Assembly: GCA_031551405.1 (NCBI GenBank)
Contig: JAVBNQ010000003.1
Coordinates: forward strand, 124,001 to 188,000
From: a bacterium
Lineage (GTDB): Bacteria > RUG730
Length of the DNA stretch: 64,000 nt
Direction: 5' to 3'
The notes beneath the pieces are model-generated. The model was not told the origin of the DNA, ran no database searches, and saw nothing but the letters and a program-made list of their open reading frames with translations. Position numbers and translations under genes: made by a program. Below, in pieces: positions 27,015-37,510 of this stretch; within the stretch, counting starts at the first letter, position 1, and every line of letters begins with the position of its first letter.

Positions 27015-29830
27015 ATGACTTGGCAGATAGCGACTAGTTTTTCAGCTGGATTTTTTTCTTTATTCATGGCTTTTTTTATTTTACGAGGAAAAATAGACAT
27101 CATAAAAATTATTTTTTCGTTATTAAATTTAACGATTTCGACTTGGAATTTCGGAGATATCCTAATAAGTTTTAGTCGAAACACTAGTAGCGCTTTATTT
27201 TTTGATAAAATTTCGTATGTTGGTGCTTTTTTTATTGCGCCATTTTTTTGCTTTTTGATTTTAGTTTTGACAAATAAGTATAAAGATCCTTTGTTCCGAA
27301 AATTCATAATAATAAATTTTTGCGTAGCCACTATTTTTTCTATACTTAATTTATCAACAAATTGGTTTTTAAAAAACGTTAAAATTCATCCTTCTTTTGT
27401 AGAAGAAATTGGGCCATTGTATTATGCATTTATCTTTTTTTCTTTGTTAATTTTGATCATAAGTATATGTATTTTATATTCTGCCTATAAAAAAGAAAAA
27501 TTACTTTTTTAAAAAAACCAATTGAAATATATTTTAAGCTCGCTTTTTATTGGGTTTGTTGCAGTGGTTGTGTATTTTATTTGGGTTATAAAACATAATT
27601 TTTTTGTTATGCATTATGTGATAGAAATATTGTATTTGCTTACTCTATATTATGCAATCGTAAAATATGATATTATCGACGTGGATGTTGTTTGGAGACA
27701 GGTTGTAAAAAATATTATTTACTTTTGCATATTTTTGATAGCTATTTTATGTTTATCTTTTGGGGTCTACAATAGCTATTCTTCAATTATTGTAACTTCG
27801 ATATTATTTATTTTTTACCTCGTCTATTCAAAACAAAAAATTTATGACTCATTAAATAAATTATTCATTAAAAAATATATTATAGTTCAGGAAAATCTAA
27901 AAGCAGTTGGCAAAATTAAAAACGATATTTACGATAAAGAAAAAATTGCAAATATTTTAGTAAAAGAAATATCTTCTATTTTGGATTTAACGTATGCAGC
28001 ATATTTTGAATGCAATAGAGAGGAAAAAAAATTACAAATTGATTGTAGATTATTCAACAGGTCAAATGGATGAGACAAAAAAAGTTAAAGAAATAAGTTT
28101 GAACAATAAGCTTGTAGATGAATTAATACAAAAAAAAAATTATTTATATACAGAAGATATCGTTCGAGACGTAAAAAATGAAAAATTAGTCGAGATAATC
28201 CAAGAAATAAATTCTGTCTTATGCTTTCCAATTTTTTTAAAGCGTAATCTAGAGGGAATTTTATTTTTTGGCCAAAAAAAGAATGATACGATATTTCACA
28301 AAGAGGACTTAGAGGTTTTGGAAGAAACAGTCATGCATGCTTCTAGGCAATTAGAGTCAATTGCAAACTATAAATTTTTATCTGAAAGGCATGCTGCTGA
28401 GGTTTTGGCAAATTACAAATCCAAATATCAACTTGAGCTCATAAATGAAATAAAAAATCTTGGACGGATAAACGATATAAACAAACTCTGTACTCACGCA
28501 CAAAAAGTTATAAATCGCCTTTTAAACGGAAGTGATACAAGTATTTATCTTTATGACGAGAAAAAAAGTGTTACGAGTATAAAGGCGATCTTTCAAAACT
28601 CGACGGAAAGCCAATGGAGATTTCTGAAAATGAATACTTTATAAGTTACCTCAGGCAACAAGAGGCTATAATTTCAATCGATAATTTAAGACAAGGCGCG
28701 CGAGAAACAAAAATAAAAGAAACTGTCGAGGCTTTGGCTTTGGCTGAAAAATTGCGCGCAAAAATAATTATAATATTAAACTATTTAGAATTTGTGGGAT
28801 TTATATCGATAGAAAATAAAACTAACGCTCCTCAACCGTATTTCCAGGATGATTTCGTACTCTTGGATTTTTTGGGTGACAAGCTCGAATCTACAGTGAG
28901 AAATATTTCTCTTTACGCACAGGCAAATACTGACAATTTAACAAAACTTTCTAACCAAAGGTATTTAGAAAAACGAAGTCGTGAAGAAATTACGCGTAGT
29001 ATGAGAGAAGGAACTCCGATTTCTTTTATGATGATAGACGGAGATAAGTTCAAAGAATTTAATGATTTGGTTGGTGGACACGATTTTGGAGACGAAGTTT
29101 TAAGTGAAATTTCTTCATGTATTGAGTCGGTTACTCGCTCTAGTGAGGAATGTTTTCGTTATGGGGGAGAAGAATTTGGGGTTTTGGCGCGACTTTACGA
29201 GCCAGAAGCAAAAAAATTAGCTGAAAGAATAAACAGGGCATTCAAGACAAATACTAAAATTTTAGAATTAGAAAAAAGAGCAAATGGTAAAAAGATCAGT
29301 GTAAGTATCGGAGTAGCGACATTCCTTCCGGGAGAAACAAATAAATATCCAAATATAAACCAAACTACTGAAATATTTAGTGTTTTGAAAAAGCGGGCTG
29401 ATAAAGCGCTTTATCAGGCAAAAAAACAAGGGCGTGATCGCGTCGTAACTACGAAAACATTCAATTCCCTTACGTTTGGCAAAAAAATAGATGATTTTGT
29501 TTTTGATATTGCAATAATAGCAAACGATCAAAATTATAAAAATTTGAAGTTGCAAAATGACACTATTTCGTTAGTAAAAAGTTTTAATGACGAAAAAGTA
29601 AAGTATTGCGATGCAGTTATTTTTGACAATCCGGATGAAGAAAATAGATTTGAAGCTATTGATAAATTCAATGAAGCCCTTCGAGGGGAAAAATATATCG
29701 GAGTGGTTATAAAAAATATAAGTGATAAACAAATTTGCGATCAGAAAAATTATCATTTTTTATTCATCCTATCTCTCAAAAGGACCTGGAACAATGGATT
29801 TTTAACATTAAAATGACAGAAAATGAATAA
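27015..29830 (+). pseudogene. Interrupted membrane sensor diguanylate cyclase (HisKA_7TM-like N-terminus, two GAF-like domains, GGDEF, possible degenerate receiver); four ORF-track fragments
   Basis: Fragments 27015-27512, 27522-28073, 27994-28644 and 28614-29816 join via an in-frame TAA (27510) and shifts in A8 (28024-28031) and A7 (28561-28567). The GGDEF domain has DNLTKLSN, IDGDKFKEFND, GHDFGD, RYGGEEF, SIGVA, ADKALYQAKKQGRD. The lesions may be sequencing artefacts. Confidence 0.8.
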
Positions 29831-29854
29831 AAAAACACAGTAAAACGAGGAAAA

Positions 29855-31633
29855 ATGTCATATTTAGCTTTAGCTAGGAAATATAGACCTAAAAAATTTA
29901 CGGATATTGTTGGACAAGAGCATATTTCAAAAACCTTGGTAAATGCTCTAAAAAGTTCACGGATAGCACACGCTTATTTATTTTCCGGACCGCGAGGAGT
30001 CGGAAAAACTACGGCAGCTAGAATTTTGGCAAAAACAGTTAATTGCGAGAGCCAAGATTTGGAAAACAAGCCTTGTCTCGAGTGTCCAATTTGCAAAGAT
30101 GAAAAATTAATGGATATTATCGAAATAGACGGAGCATCGAATCGAGGTATCGATGAAATCCGCGAACTTCGAGAAAATGTCAAGTTCACGCCGCTAAACT
30201 CCAAGTACAAAGTCTACATAATCGACGAAGTTCACATGCTTACTGACCAAGCCTTTAACGCTCTCCTCAAAACGCTCGAAGAACCACCGGCACATGTGAT
30301 TTTCATTTTTGCGACGACAGAGCTTCATAAAATTCCGGATACGATTTTATCAAGATGTCAAAAATTCAATTTTAAACTCATCACTCTTGACGATATCACG
30401 AATCGCTTAAAACACGTTTTGGATGCGGAAAACATTAAATACGAGCTTAAAGCGCTCAATTCGATAGCTAGAGCTAGTCTCGGAAGTATGCGCGATTCTT
30501 TGAGTCTTCTTGATCAAGTCATAGCTTATAGCCCGGACATTGTAACACAAAAAGAAACAGATTTTATTTTGGGAATAATAAATATTGATTTGATTTTTGA
30601 AATAGTCGGAAACATTCTTGATAATAATACGAAAAATATAATAAAAATCATTGATAATTTGCTCAAACAAGGTTTCGATCTAAGTCAGGCAATGCTGCAA
30701 CTTCGCGAGCATTACAGAAATCTAATGCTATTGAAAATTGACGCGAGTTTATCGGAAATTTTGGATATTTTGCCAGAAGATTTATCGAGATATGAAGCAG
30801 AACTATCGAAATTGTCATTGGGTAAAATAACTCGCGATCTTAGGATTATAAATCTTGCGATTGAAGACATAAAACGTTCTGATTATGCTCGAGTGATTTG
30901 CGAGCTTTGTTTAACAAAACTTTCAGAGCCATATATTTCTTCCGTAGAACTTTTGCAAAAATTGAATAATTTGGAAAATTTTGAATTTCCGATGACGCAA
31001 AAAGTTCCGGAAAAAGAATATATTTTGTCAACGCCAAAAGTTTCTCCAGAGCCAAAATTAGCGTCTGAGCAGCAGAGTGAGCAAAATTTTGAGCCTAAAT
31101 CTAAACCTCAAAAAATTCAAGAAAATGATACGCAAAATAACGAAAAATTCATAGAAGTTGAAGGTTTTGATTCAAAATGGAATGCAGTTCTCGAGCGAAT
31201 AAAAAAACAAAAAATGTATCTTTTTACTTATTTGAAAGAGGCGAATGGCATCGAGTTTAAAGGGAATAATTTGTCGCTTTCGTTTGCAACCAAATTTTAC
31301 AAAGACGGAGTTTTGAAAAATAAGGAAATAATTGAAAACGAAATGTTAGAGATTTTTGGACAAAAATATAATGTTGTTTGCGAGCAAAAAATTGTTTTTG
31401 AACAAAAAAAAAAGAATGAAGAGGAGCCGGTTTTGAATGAAACCGCTAAAAAAGATATAGAAACAAATGAAATTGAAGAAAATAATGAGGACATTCCTTT
31501 TCCATCTGACGAGGATTTAGTGAGTACAAAAGTAGAAGAAAAAATTGTATACTCGCCGGATGAAATTTTTGAGAAAGAACCGGTTGTGAAAAAATTTGTC
31601 GATCTCTTCGATGGCGAGCTGCTTCCACATTAA
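29855..31633 (+). CDS. dnaX: DNA polymerase III subunit gamma/tau
   Basis: ARKYRP, GPRGVGKTT, EIDGASNRG, IIDEVHML, TILSRCQ. Confidence 0.97.
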   Translation: MSYLALARKYRPKKFTDIVGQEHISKTLVNALKSSRIAHAYLFSGPRGVGKTTAARILAKTVNCESQDLENKPCLECPICKDEKLMDIIEIDGASNRGIDEIRELRENVKFTPLNSKYKVYIIDEVHMLTDQAFNALLKTLEEPPAHVIFIFATTELHKIPDTILSRCQKFNFKLITLDDITNRLKHVLDAENIKYELKALNSIARASLGSMRDSLSLLDQVIAYSPDIVTQKETDFILGIINIDLIFEIVGNILDNNTKNIIKIIDNLLKQGFDLSQAMLQLREHYRNLMLLKIDASLSEILDILPEDLSRYEAELSKLSLGKITRDLRIINLAIEDIKRSDYARVICELCLTKLSEPYISSVELLQKLNNLENFEFPMTQKVPEKEYILSTPKVSPEPKLASEQQSEQNFEPKSKPQKIQENDTQNNEKFIEVEGFDSKWNAVLERIKKQKMYLFTYLKEANGIEFKGNNLSLSFATKFYKDGVLKNKEIIENEMLEIFGQKYNVVCEQKIVFEQKKKNEEEPVLNETAKKDIETNEIEENNEDIPFPSDEDLVSTKVEEKIVYSPDEIFEKEPVVKKFVDLFDGELLPH

Positions 31634-31784
31634 TCTGCATTAAAAATTCCACGAATCAAATTAAACAGTTTTGTGACAAAACAAAAATTTCAAAAAATTT
31701 TTTTATAAGCAGAGACCGCCAACCTTACAAGGATAAAATCCTAAATCCATTTCTAATTTCTACAAAAAATTTGGGTTGAATTTT

Positions 31785-32783
31785 ATGAAAAAAACAGAAA
31801 AAATTATAATCACGTGTGGTGACCCTGCAGGAATCGGTCACGAAATAGCCATAAAATCCATCCTAGATCCGCAAATCAAACAAAAAATCACCCCAATCTT
31901 AATAGGCAATTTGGAAATTTTAAAAAGTTTTATCCCAAAAATTTATGCAAAAAAAATTAATTTTAATATTTTGAAACCTTCTGAGAAAATAAAAATTTCC
32001 GATGATAAAAATTGTTTGAACATCATAAATTTTGATTTTCCGAAAAATTATAAATTTAAATTTGGGAAAAGCGATAAAATTACCGGAAAATTCGCATTTT
32101 TATATCTGGAAAAAGCTCTTGAACTAATCAAAACAGGCGAAATTTCAAAACTTGTCACTGCTCCAATCTCAAAAAAATCTTGGCAAGACGCCGGGATAAA
32201 ATATCAAGCGCATACCGAAGCCTTGGCTGAACTCACGAATACGAAAAAATATGCGATGATTTTTGCAAATAGCGAGTTGCGAGTAGTCCTGGCGACAAGG
32301 CACGTTGAAATCAAAAATATCATAAATTTCCTTGATAAAAAAACGATTGAAGATGCAATTGATTCCGGACTAAAATTTTTGAAAAATCTGAGAATCAGGC
32401 AAAAAAGTATCGGCATTTGCGGGTTAAATCCTCATGCCGGCGAGGAAGGATCCGTCGGAAAAGAAGAAATCGAAATTATTCAAAAAGTTTTACGGTACAA
32501 AAAATACGAAGCGCTAAATTTTTACGGACCAAAATCTAGCGACGACGTTTTTCATCGTGCTTTAGAAAAAAAATTAGATCTAGTCGTGGCAATGTATCAC
32601 GATCAAGGAATTTTACCTCTCAAGATAACGGATTATTTTGGATGCGTGAATATTACGATTGGATTGCCTTTTGTGAGGGTTTCGCCAGGTCACGGAACAG
32701 CATTCGACATTGCCGGCCAAAATACTGCAAATCCTCGCGCTATGATCGAAGCAATTCTCTGGGCTTTGAAATTAAATGTTTAA
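31785..32783 (+). CDS. pdxA: 4-hydroxythreonine-4-phosphate dehydrogenase
   Basis: GDPAGIG, HTE, GLNPHAGE, AMYHDQG, HGTAFDIAG. Confidence 0.95.
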   Translation: MKKTEKIIITCGDPAGIGHEIAIKSILDPQIKQKITPILIGNLEILKSFIPKIYAKKINFNILKPSEKIKISDDKNCLNIINFDFPKNYKFKFGKSDKITGKFAFLYLEKALELIKTGEISKLVTAPISKKSWQDAGIKYQAHTEALAELTNTKKYAMIFANSELRVVLATRHVEIKNIINFLDKKTIEDAIDSGLKFLKNLRIRQKSIGICGLNPHAGEEGSVGKEEIEIIQKVLRYKKYEALNFYGPKSSDDVFHRALEKKLDLVVAMYHDQGILPLKITDYFGCVNITIGLPFVRVSPGHGTAFDIAGQNTANPRAMIEAILWALKLNV

Positions 32784-33657
32784 TTTTTTTCGTCTAACCT
32801 TAACAAAAATCCATAAAATTTTTATTTTTTTTGTATTTATTTTTTTTATGGTTGGAGGAATTTACGTTGACTCGATCGTAGATTCGACAGACACGAAATT
32901 TTTGCTGATAAAAAACCCCAAAATTGTGTCGCTGAGTCCATACGTGACGGAAAATTTGTTCGATCTTGGCAGCGAAAAAAACGTTGTAGGTGTAACGAAT
33001 TATTGCAACAGACCAAAAGCTGCGGAGCAAAAAACGAAAATCGGTGGGATTGTAAATTTGAACGTAGAAGCGATTTTGAAGCTCAATCCGGATTTGATAA
33101 TCGCCACAAAAGAAGATCAAAATTTCGAGCAAATCAAGCGTTTGAGAGATTTGGGATTAAAAGTTTTTGTTTTGCAGGAAGTAAAAAGTTATGACGACAT
33201 AAAACAAAATTTTTTAACAATTTCGGTTTTAGTGGATAAAAAAAATTTGGCAGTAAAAAAACTTTCTACTGTGCAAAAAAAATTAGATTTTATAATGCAA
33301 AAAAATTTAAATCGAAAAACACAAAAAATATTTTTTATTATTGAGGCTGATCCAATAATTACTGTTGGTAAAAATAGCTTTATAAATGATACGTTGAAAT
33401 TTTTAAATGCAGAAAATATCGTCAACATCCAAAATCCGAGGTATCCGATTTTTAGCAAGGAAAAAATTCTGGAACTAACGCCAAAAATAAATGCAATAAT
33501 TTTTTTGTCGGAATCAAAAAAAACTTCCGGCGATAATGTTAAATTTTTTGAAAATATAAAAAGTCAAAAGTTTAACGTTAATCCTGATGTTTTTAGTCGA
33601 GCGAGCCTAAAAGCATTTTACGAAGCCGTGAACATTTTGGATGAAAAATTAAAATAG
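32776..33657 (+). CDS. Helical-backbone metal/cobalamin receptor (BtuF/TroA-like periplasmic binding protein)
   Basis: KIVSLSPYVTENLFDLG..VVGVTNYC..NVEAILKLNPDLII. Confidence 0.85.
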   Translation: MFNFFRLTLTKIHKIFIFFVFIFFMVGGIYVDSIVDSTDTKFLLIKNPKIVSLSPYVTENLFDLGSEKNVVGVTNYCNRPKAAEQKTKIGGIVNLNVEAILKLNPDLIIATKEDQNFEQIKRLRDLGLKVFVLQEVKSYDDIKQNFLTISVLVDKKNLAVKKLSTVQKKLDFIMQKNLNRKTQKIFFIIEADPIITVGKNSFINDTLKFLNAENIVNIQNPRYPIFSKEKILELTPKINAIIFLSESKKTSGDNVKFFENIKSQKFNVNPDVFSRASLKAFYEAVNILDEKLK

Positions 33658-33693
33658 CGTGGTCAAACGAAGAATTTTCGTCATTTTATCCTT

Positions 33694-33721
33694 TTGACTT
33701 TCCACGTATTTTTTGTATAAT
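33694..33721 (+). promoter_or_regulatory. Putative sigma70 promoter of ileS
   Basis: TTGACT (33694-33699), 16 nt spacer, TATAAT (33716-33721); same architecture as the dnaE promoter. Confidence 0.6.
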
Positions 33722-33762
33722 TACGATTTACAAAATTCTGAGCTGAAAATGGAGAATTTTTT

Positions 33763-36612
33763 ATGCTTGAAAACAAAATAAATTTACCAAAAACTAACTT
33801 TTCTATGAAGGCAAATTTAGCGCAAAAAGAGCCTATTCAACAAAAAAAATGGGAAAATTTGGATCTCTATTCCAAAATTTTGGCTAAAAATGCCGGAAAA
33901 CAAAAATACATTTTACACGACGGTCCTCCTTATGCGAACGGAAATATTCACTTGGGACACGCATTGAACAAGGTTTTAAAGGATTTTATCCTGAAATTCG
34001 AGTCGATGCAAAACAAGTGTGTCCCTTATATTCCCGGCTGGGATTGCCACGGACTTCCTATCGAGTTCCAACTTTTGAAAGAGTTAGAAGCGGAAAAAAA
34101 ACAACTCGACCAGCTCAAATTCCGAAAAAAAGCCGCAAGTTTTGCGGAAAAATACGTCAAACTTCAAAAACAAGATTTCAAAAGGCTTGGTATTTTTGGC
34201 GACTGGGAACACGAATATTTGACAATGTCTAAAGACTATGAAGGCGAAAGTATTCGAATTTTCAAGGAGCTCGTCAAAGCTGGATATATTTACCGAGGCT
34301 TAAAGCCGGTCTACTGGTGCGCGTCCTGCGAAACTGCGCTCGCCGAAGCCGAAATCGAATACAAAAATCACGAGTCAACTTCAGTTTTTGTGAAATTTCC
34401 TCTTGCTGATAAAAGTTTTGAGAATACATCGATTTTGATTTGGACGACTACGCCGTGGACGCTGCCGGCGAACGTGGCTGTTGCGTTGCACCCGGACTTC
34501 GAGTATTCGGAGATAAAAATCGTTGAGACTACAAATCAAAATATAAATCAAAGCGAAAAATTTATCCTCGCGACTGAATTATTGGAAAAAGTTGTAAATA
34601 TTTTGGGCGTGAAAAATTACGAAATTACTCGAAACTTTCGAGGGAAAGATCTTGAAAATCTCAAGTGTAAATCTCCTTATAGAGACGAATTATCGCTTTG
34701 CATTTTGGCAAATTTTGTGACTACGGAAGACGGCACAGGAATCGTACATATCGCTCCCGGTCACGGCGAAGACGATTATTTGGCGAGCTTGAAATACAAA
34801 CTTCCAATAATTGTTCCGGTTTCAAATGACGGAAAATTTACTGTGGAGGTCTCGCAATTTTCTGGAAAAAATATTTTTGAAGCAAACCCACTTATCGTCA
34901 AAGATTTGGATTCTCGAAAATTGCTTTTGAAAGAACAGAAAATTGACCACAGTTATCCTCATTGCTGGAGATGCAAAAATCCCGTTATTTTTCGAGCCAC
35001 TAGCCAGTGGTTTTTGAATATTGAGCACAACAATTTGCGCTCGAGAATCCTTGAATCTTGCAAAAAAGTCAACTGGATTCCTGAATACGGATTCAATCGT
35101 ATGTCGAGCATGATCGAGAATCGCCCTGACTGGTGTTTGTCTCGTCAGAGATTGTGGGGAACACCGATTCCGGCGTTTTATTGCAAATCTTGCGGAGAGC
35201 TTTTGCTGACAGACGAAAGCATGAGCGCCGTAGAGAAAATTTTCAGAGAAAAAGGAAGTGATACGTGGTTTTACGTTCCGAGCGACGAGATTCTGCCAAA
35301 AACCATAAAATGCCAAAAATGCGGCGATCAAAATTTTGAGAAGGAAAAGGATATTTTGGATGTTTGGTTTGAGTCGGGAGTAAGCCATGAAGTCGTTGTG
35401 AGAAATCTTGGCTGGCCGGCAGATCTTTATCTCGAGGGTTCAGATCAGCATCGAGGCTGGTTTCAATCTTCTCTTATTCCGTCGATTGCGCTTTACGATA
35501 CTCCGCCTTACAAAACGGTTTTGACCCATGGATTCACAGTCGACGAAAGCGGCAAAAAAATGAGTAAATCACAAGGAAATTCGATTTTACCTGAGGACAT
35601 CATCAATAAATTTGGCGCAGATGTCTTAAGGCTCTGGATAGCGAGTGAAGATTACCAGGAAGATATGAGTCTCTCCGAAAATATTATTTCGCAGATGGTC
35701 GACGCTTACAGGAAAATTCGAAATACCGCAAAATATTTACTTGGAAATTTAGACGGGTTTGAGTTTGCAAAAGACGAGATAAAATACGAAGATTTACTCG
35801 AAATCGACAAATGGATTTTAAGTGAGCTAGGAAATGTTTCAAAAAAAATAATTCGAGCTTATGAAAGGCGAGATTTTCATATCGTTTACCGCGAGTTTTA
35901 TAATTTTTGCAGCGTCGAACTCAGCTCGCAATATTTTGATATTTTGAAAGACAGGCTTTATATTTTTTCGACAAACAGTTTAGAGAGAAAATCAGCGCAA
36001 ACTGCTCTTTATTTTTTGGTTAAATTTTTGGCAAAATTTATTGCACCGATCATGCCTTTTACTAGCGAGGAGATTTGGGAGTCGTTCATTTCAATGGAAA
36101 ACAAAAAAGAAAGTATTTTCCTTGAAAATTTTGTTGGAATCGATGAGGGAGATAAAATTTTACTGGAATTATGGACGACAAAAAATGGTTTTGATTTGCT
36201 CGAAAAATGGCGAAATATTTTTGAATTTAGAAAAATTTTGCTTAAAAAAATCGAGGAAATCAGGCTTGAAAAAATAATTGGTAATTCTCTAGAAGCCAGG
36301 CTTGAGATTAGTTTGGACAAAGATTGCAAAGAACTAGAACTTTTACCAGGAAATTCAGGCTTTTGGAGTCAGATCGCGATAGTTTCGCAAACTGTAATAA
36401 AAATCGAAAATTGCGAACAAAATTCTGCGATTTCTGATGAATTATTGCCTGATTTGCTCAAAGGTTTCAAGGTGAAAATCGTAGCAAAAAAAGCTTCCGG
36501 AGAAAAATGCTCCAGATGCTGGAATTGGTCAGAAAATATTAAAAAAATCAGTGATGATTTTGAAATTTGCGACAGATGTTTTGGTATCCTCGAGACTTGG
36601 GATAAAAAATAA
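33763..36612 (+). CDS. ileS: Isoleucine--tRNA ligase (type 1)
   Basis: DGPPYANGNIHLGH, WDCHGLP, EGSDQHRGWF, KMSKS; C-terminal Zn finger CSRCW..CDRC. Confidence 0.98.
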   Translation: MLENKINLPKTNFSMKANLAQKEPIQQKKWENLDLYSKILAKNAGKQKYILHDGPPYANGNIHLGHALNKVLKDFILKFESMQNKCVPYIPGWDCHGLPIEFQLLKELEAEKKQLDQLKFRKKAASFAEKYVKLQKQDFKRLGIFGDWEHEYLTMSKDYEGESIRIFKELVKAGYIYRGLKPVYWCASCETALAEAEIEYKNHESTSVFVKFPLADKSFENTSILIWTTTPWTLPANVAVALHPDFEYSEIKIVETTNQNINQSEKFILATELLEKVVNILGVKNYEITRNFRGKDLENLKCKSPYRDELSLCILANFVTTEDGTGIVHIAPGHGEDDYLASLKYKLPIIVPVSNDGKFTVEVSQFSGKNIFEANPLIVKDLDSRKLLLKEQKIDHSYPHCWRCKNPVIFRATSQWFLNIEHNNLRSRILESCKKVNWIPEYGFNRMSSMIENRPDWCLSRQRLWGTPIPAFYCKSCGELLLTDESMSAVEKIFREKGSDTWFYVPSDEILPKTIKCQKCGDQNFEKEKDILDVWFESGVSHEVVVRNLGWPADLYLEGSDQHRGWFQSSLIPSIALYDTPPYKTVLTHGFTVDESGKKMSKSQGNSILPEDIINKFGADVLRLWIASEDYQEDMSLSENIISQMVDAYRKIRNTAKYLLGNLDGFEFAKDEIKYEDLLEIDKWILSELGNVSKKIIRAYERRDFHIVYREFYNFCSVELSSQYFDILKDRLYIFSTNSLERKSAQTALYFLVKFLAKFIAPIMPFTSEEIWESFISMENKKESIFLENFVGIDEGDKILLELWTTKNGFDLLEKWRNIFEFRKILLKKIEEIRLEKIIGNSLEARLEISLDKDCKELELLPGNSGFWSQIAIVSQTVIKIENCEQNSAISDELLPDLLKGFKVKIVAKKASGEKCSRCWNWSENIKKISDDFEICDRCFGILETWDKK

Positions 36613-36661
36613 AATTTGATTGATCAGAAATACTAATGCTGAAAAATGGAGGATTTTTAAG

Positions 36662-37510
36662 TTGAATTTAGCAAAGGCGAGTATACGTCGTTCGAAAAAT
36701 ATTGTTTACGTCAATACAAAAGGCACAACTCTAAAAAAACAGGACTGGGTTTTGATTCAAACCGAAAATGAGCTCGAGGTAGCAAAAATTCTGCAGCTCG
36801 ACGTAACACCAAATAACAAGGACCAAGAAATTTTTGAATTATCGCGTCGATGCACTCCAAGAGATTTTGACATGATACGCGAAAACCAGCAGAGATTAAA
36901 ACAAATAAAAGCTGTTTGTATCGAAAAAATCAAAGAAAAAAATTTGGATATGAAGCTCACTGCTATTGAAATGACTTTTAGCGGAACGAAATTTTTCCTG
37001 TATTACACTGCAGAAAACCGAATAGATTTTCGTGATTTGTTGAAAGATTTGGGCTCGATTTTCAAAAAACGCATCCAAATGGTGCAGATCGGAGTTCGCG
37101 ATGAGACAAAAATAGTCGGAGCTCTCGGGCACTGTGGAAATGTTTTGTGTTGTAAAAAATTTTTGACGAGCATAAAACCGATTGTGATTGATATGGCGAA
37201 AGATCAGAATTTACCTCTCAATCCAACGAAAATTTCCGGAGTTTGCGGTCGGCTTATTTGCTGCCTCGAATACGAGCACGATTTTTACAAAGAGATTGCA
37301 AAAAAAATGCCTCGTGAAAATGACGAAATTAAAATCGATAATCTAGTCGGAAAAGTAAAATCAAAAAATTTATTGAAAGAAGAAATCGAAGTAGTTTTTG
37401 AAGACGGGACATTGAAAAAATTCAAGCTTGACGAAATAAAAAATTGCAATTGTAAAAAAGCATGTAAAACTTGCGACGAGAAAAAAGGGAAGCAAAAAAA
37501 TGAAGAATAA
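36662..37510 (+). CDS. ricT: RicT/YaaT (PSP1 C-terminal domain) protein
   Basis: RIDFRDLLKDL, QIGVRDE, GHCGNVLCC, KISGVCGRLICCLEYE. Start set at TTG 36662 behind a GGAGG. Confidence 0.88.
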   Translation: MNLAKASIRRSKNIVYVNTKGTTLKKQDWVLIQTENELEVAKILQLDVTPNNKDQEIFELSRRCTPRDFDMIRENQQRLKQIKAVCIEKIKEKNLDMKLTAIEMTFSGTKFFLYYTAENRIDFRDLLKDLGSIFKKRIQMVQIGVRDETKIVGALGHCGNVLCCKKFLTSIKPIVIDMAKDQNLPLNPTKISGVCGRLICCLEYEHDFYKEIAKKMPRENDEIKIDNLVGKVKSKNLLKEEIEVVFEDGTLKKFKLDEIKNCNCKKACKTCDEKKGKQKNEE

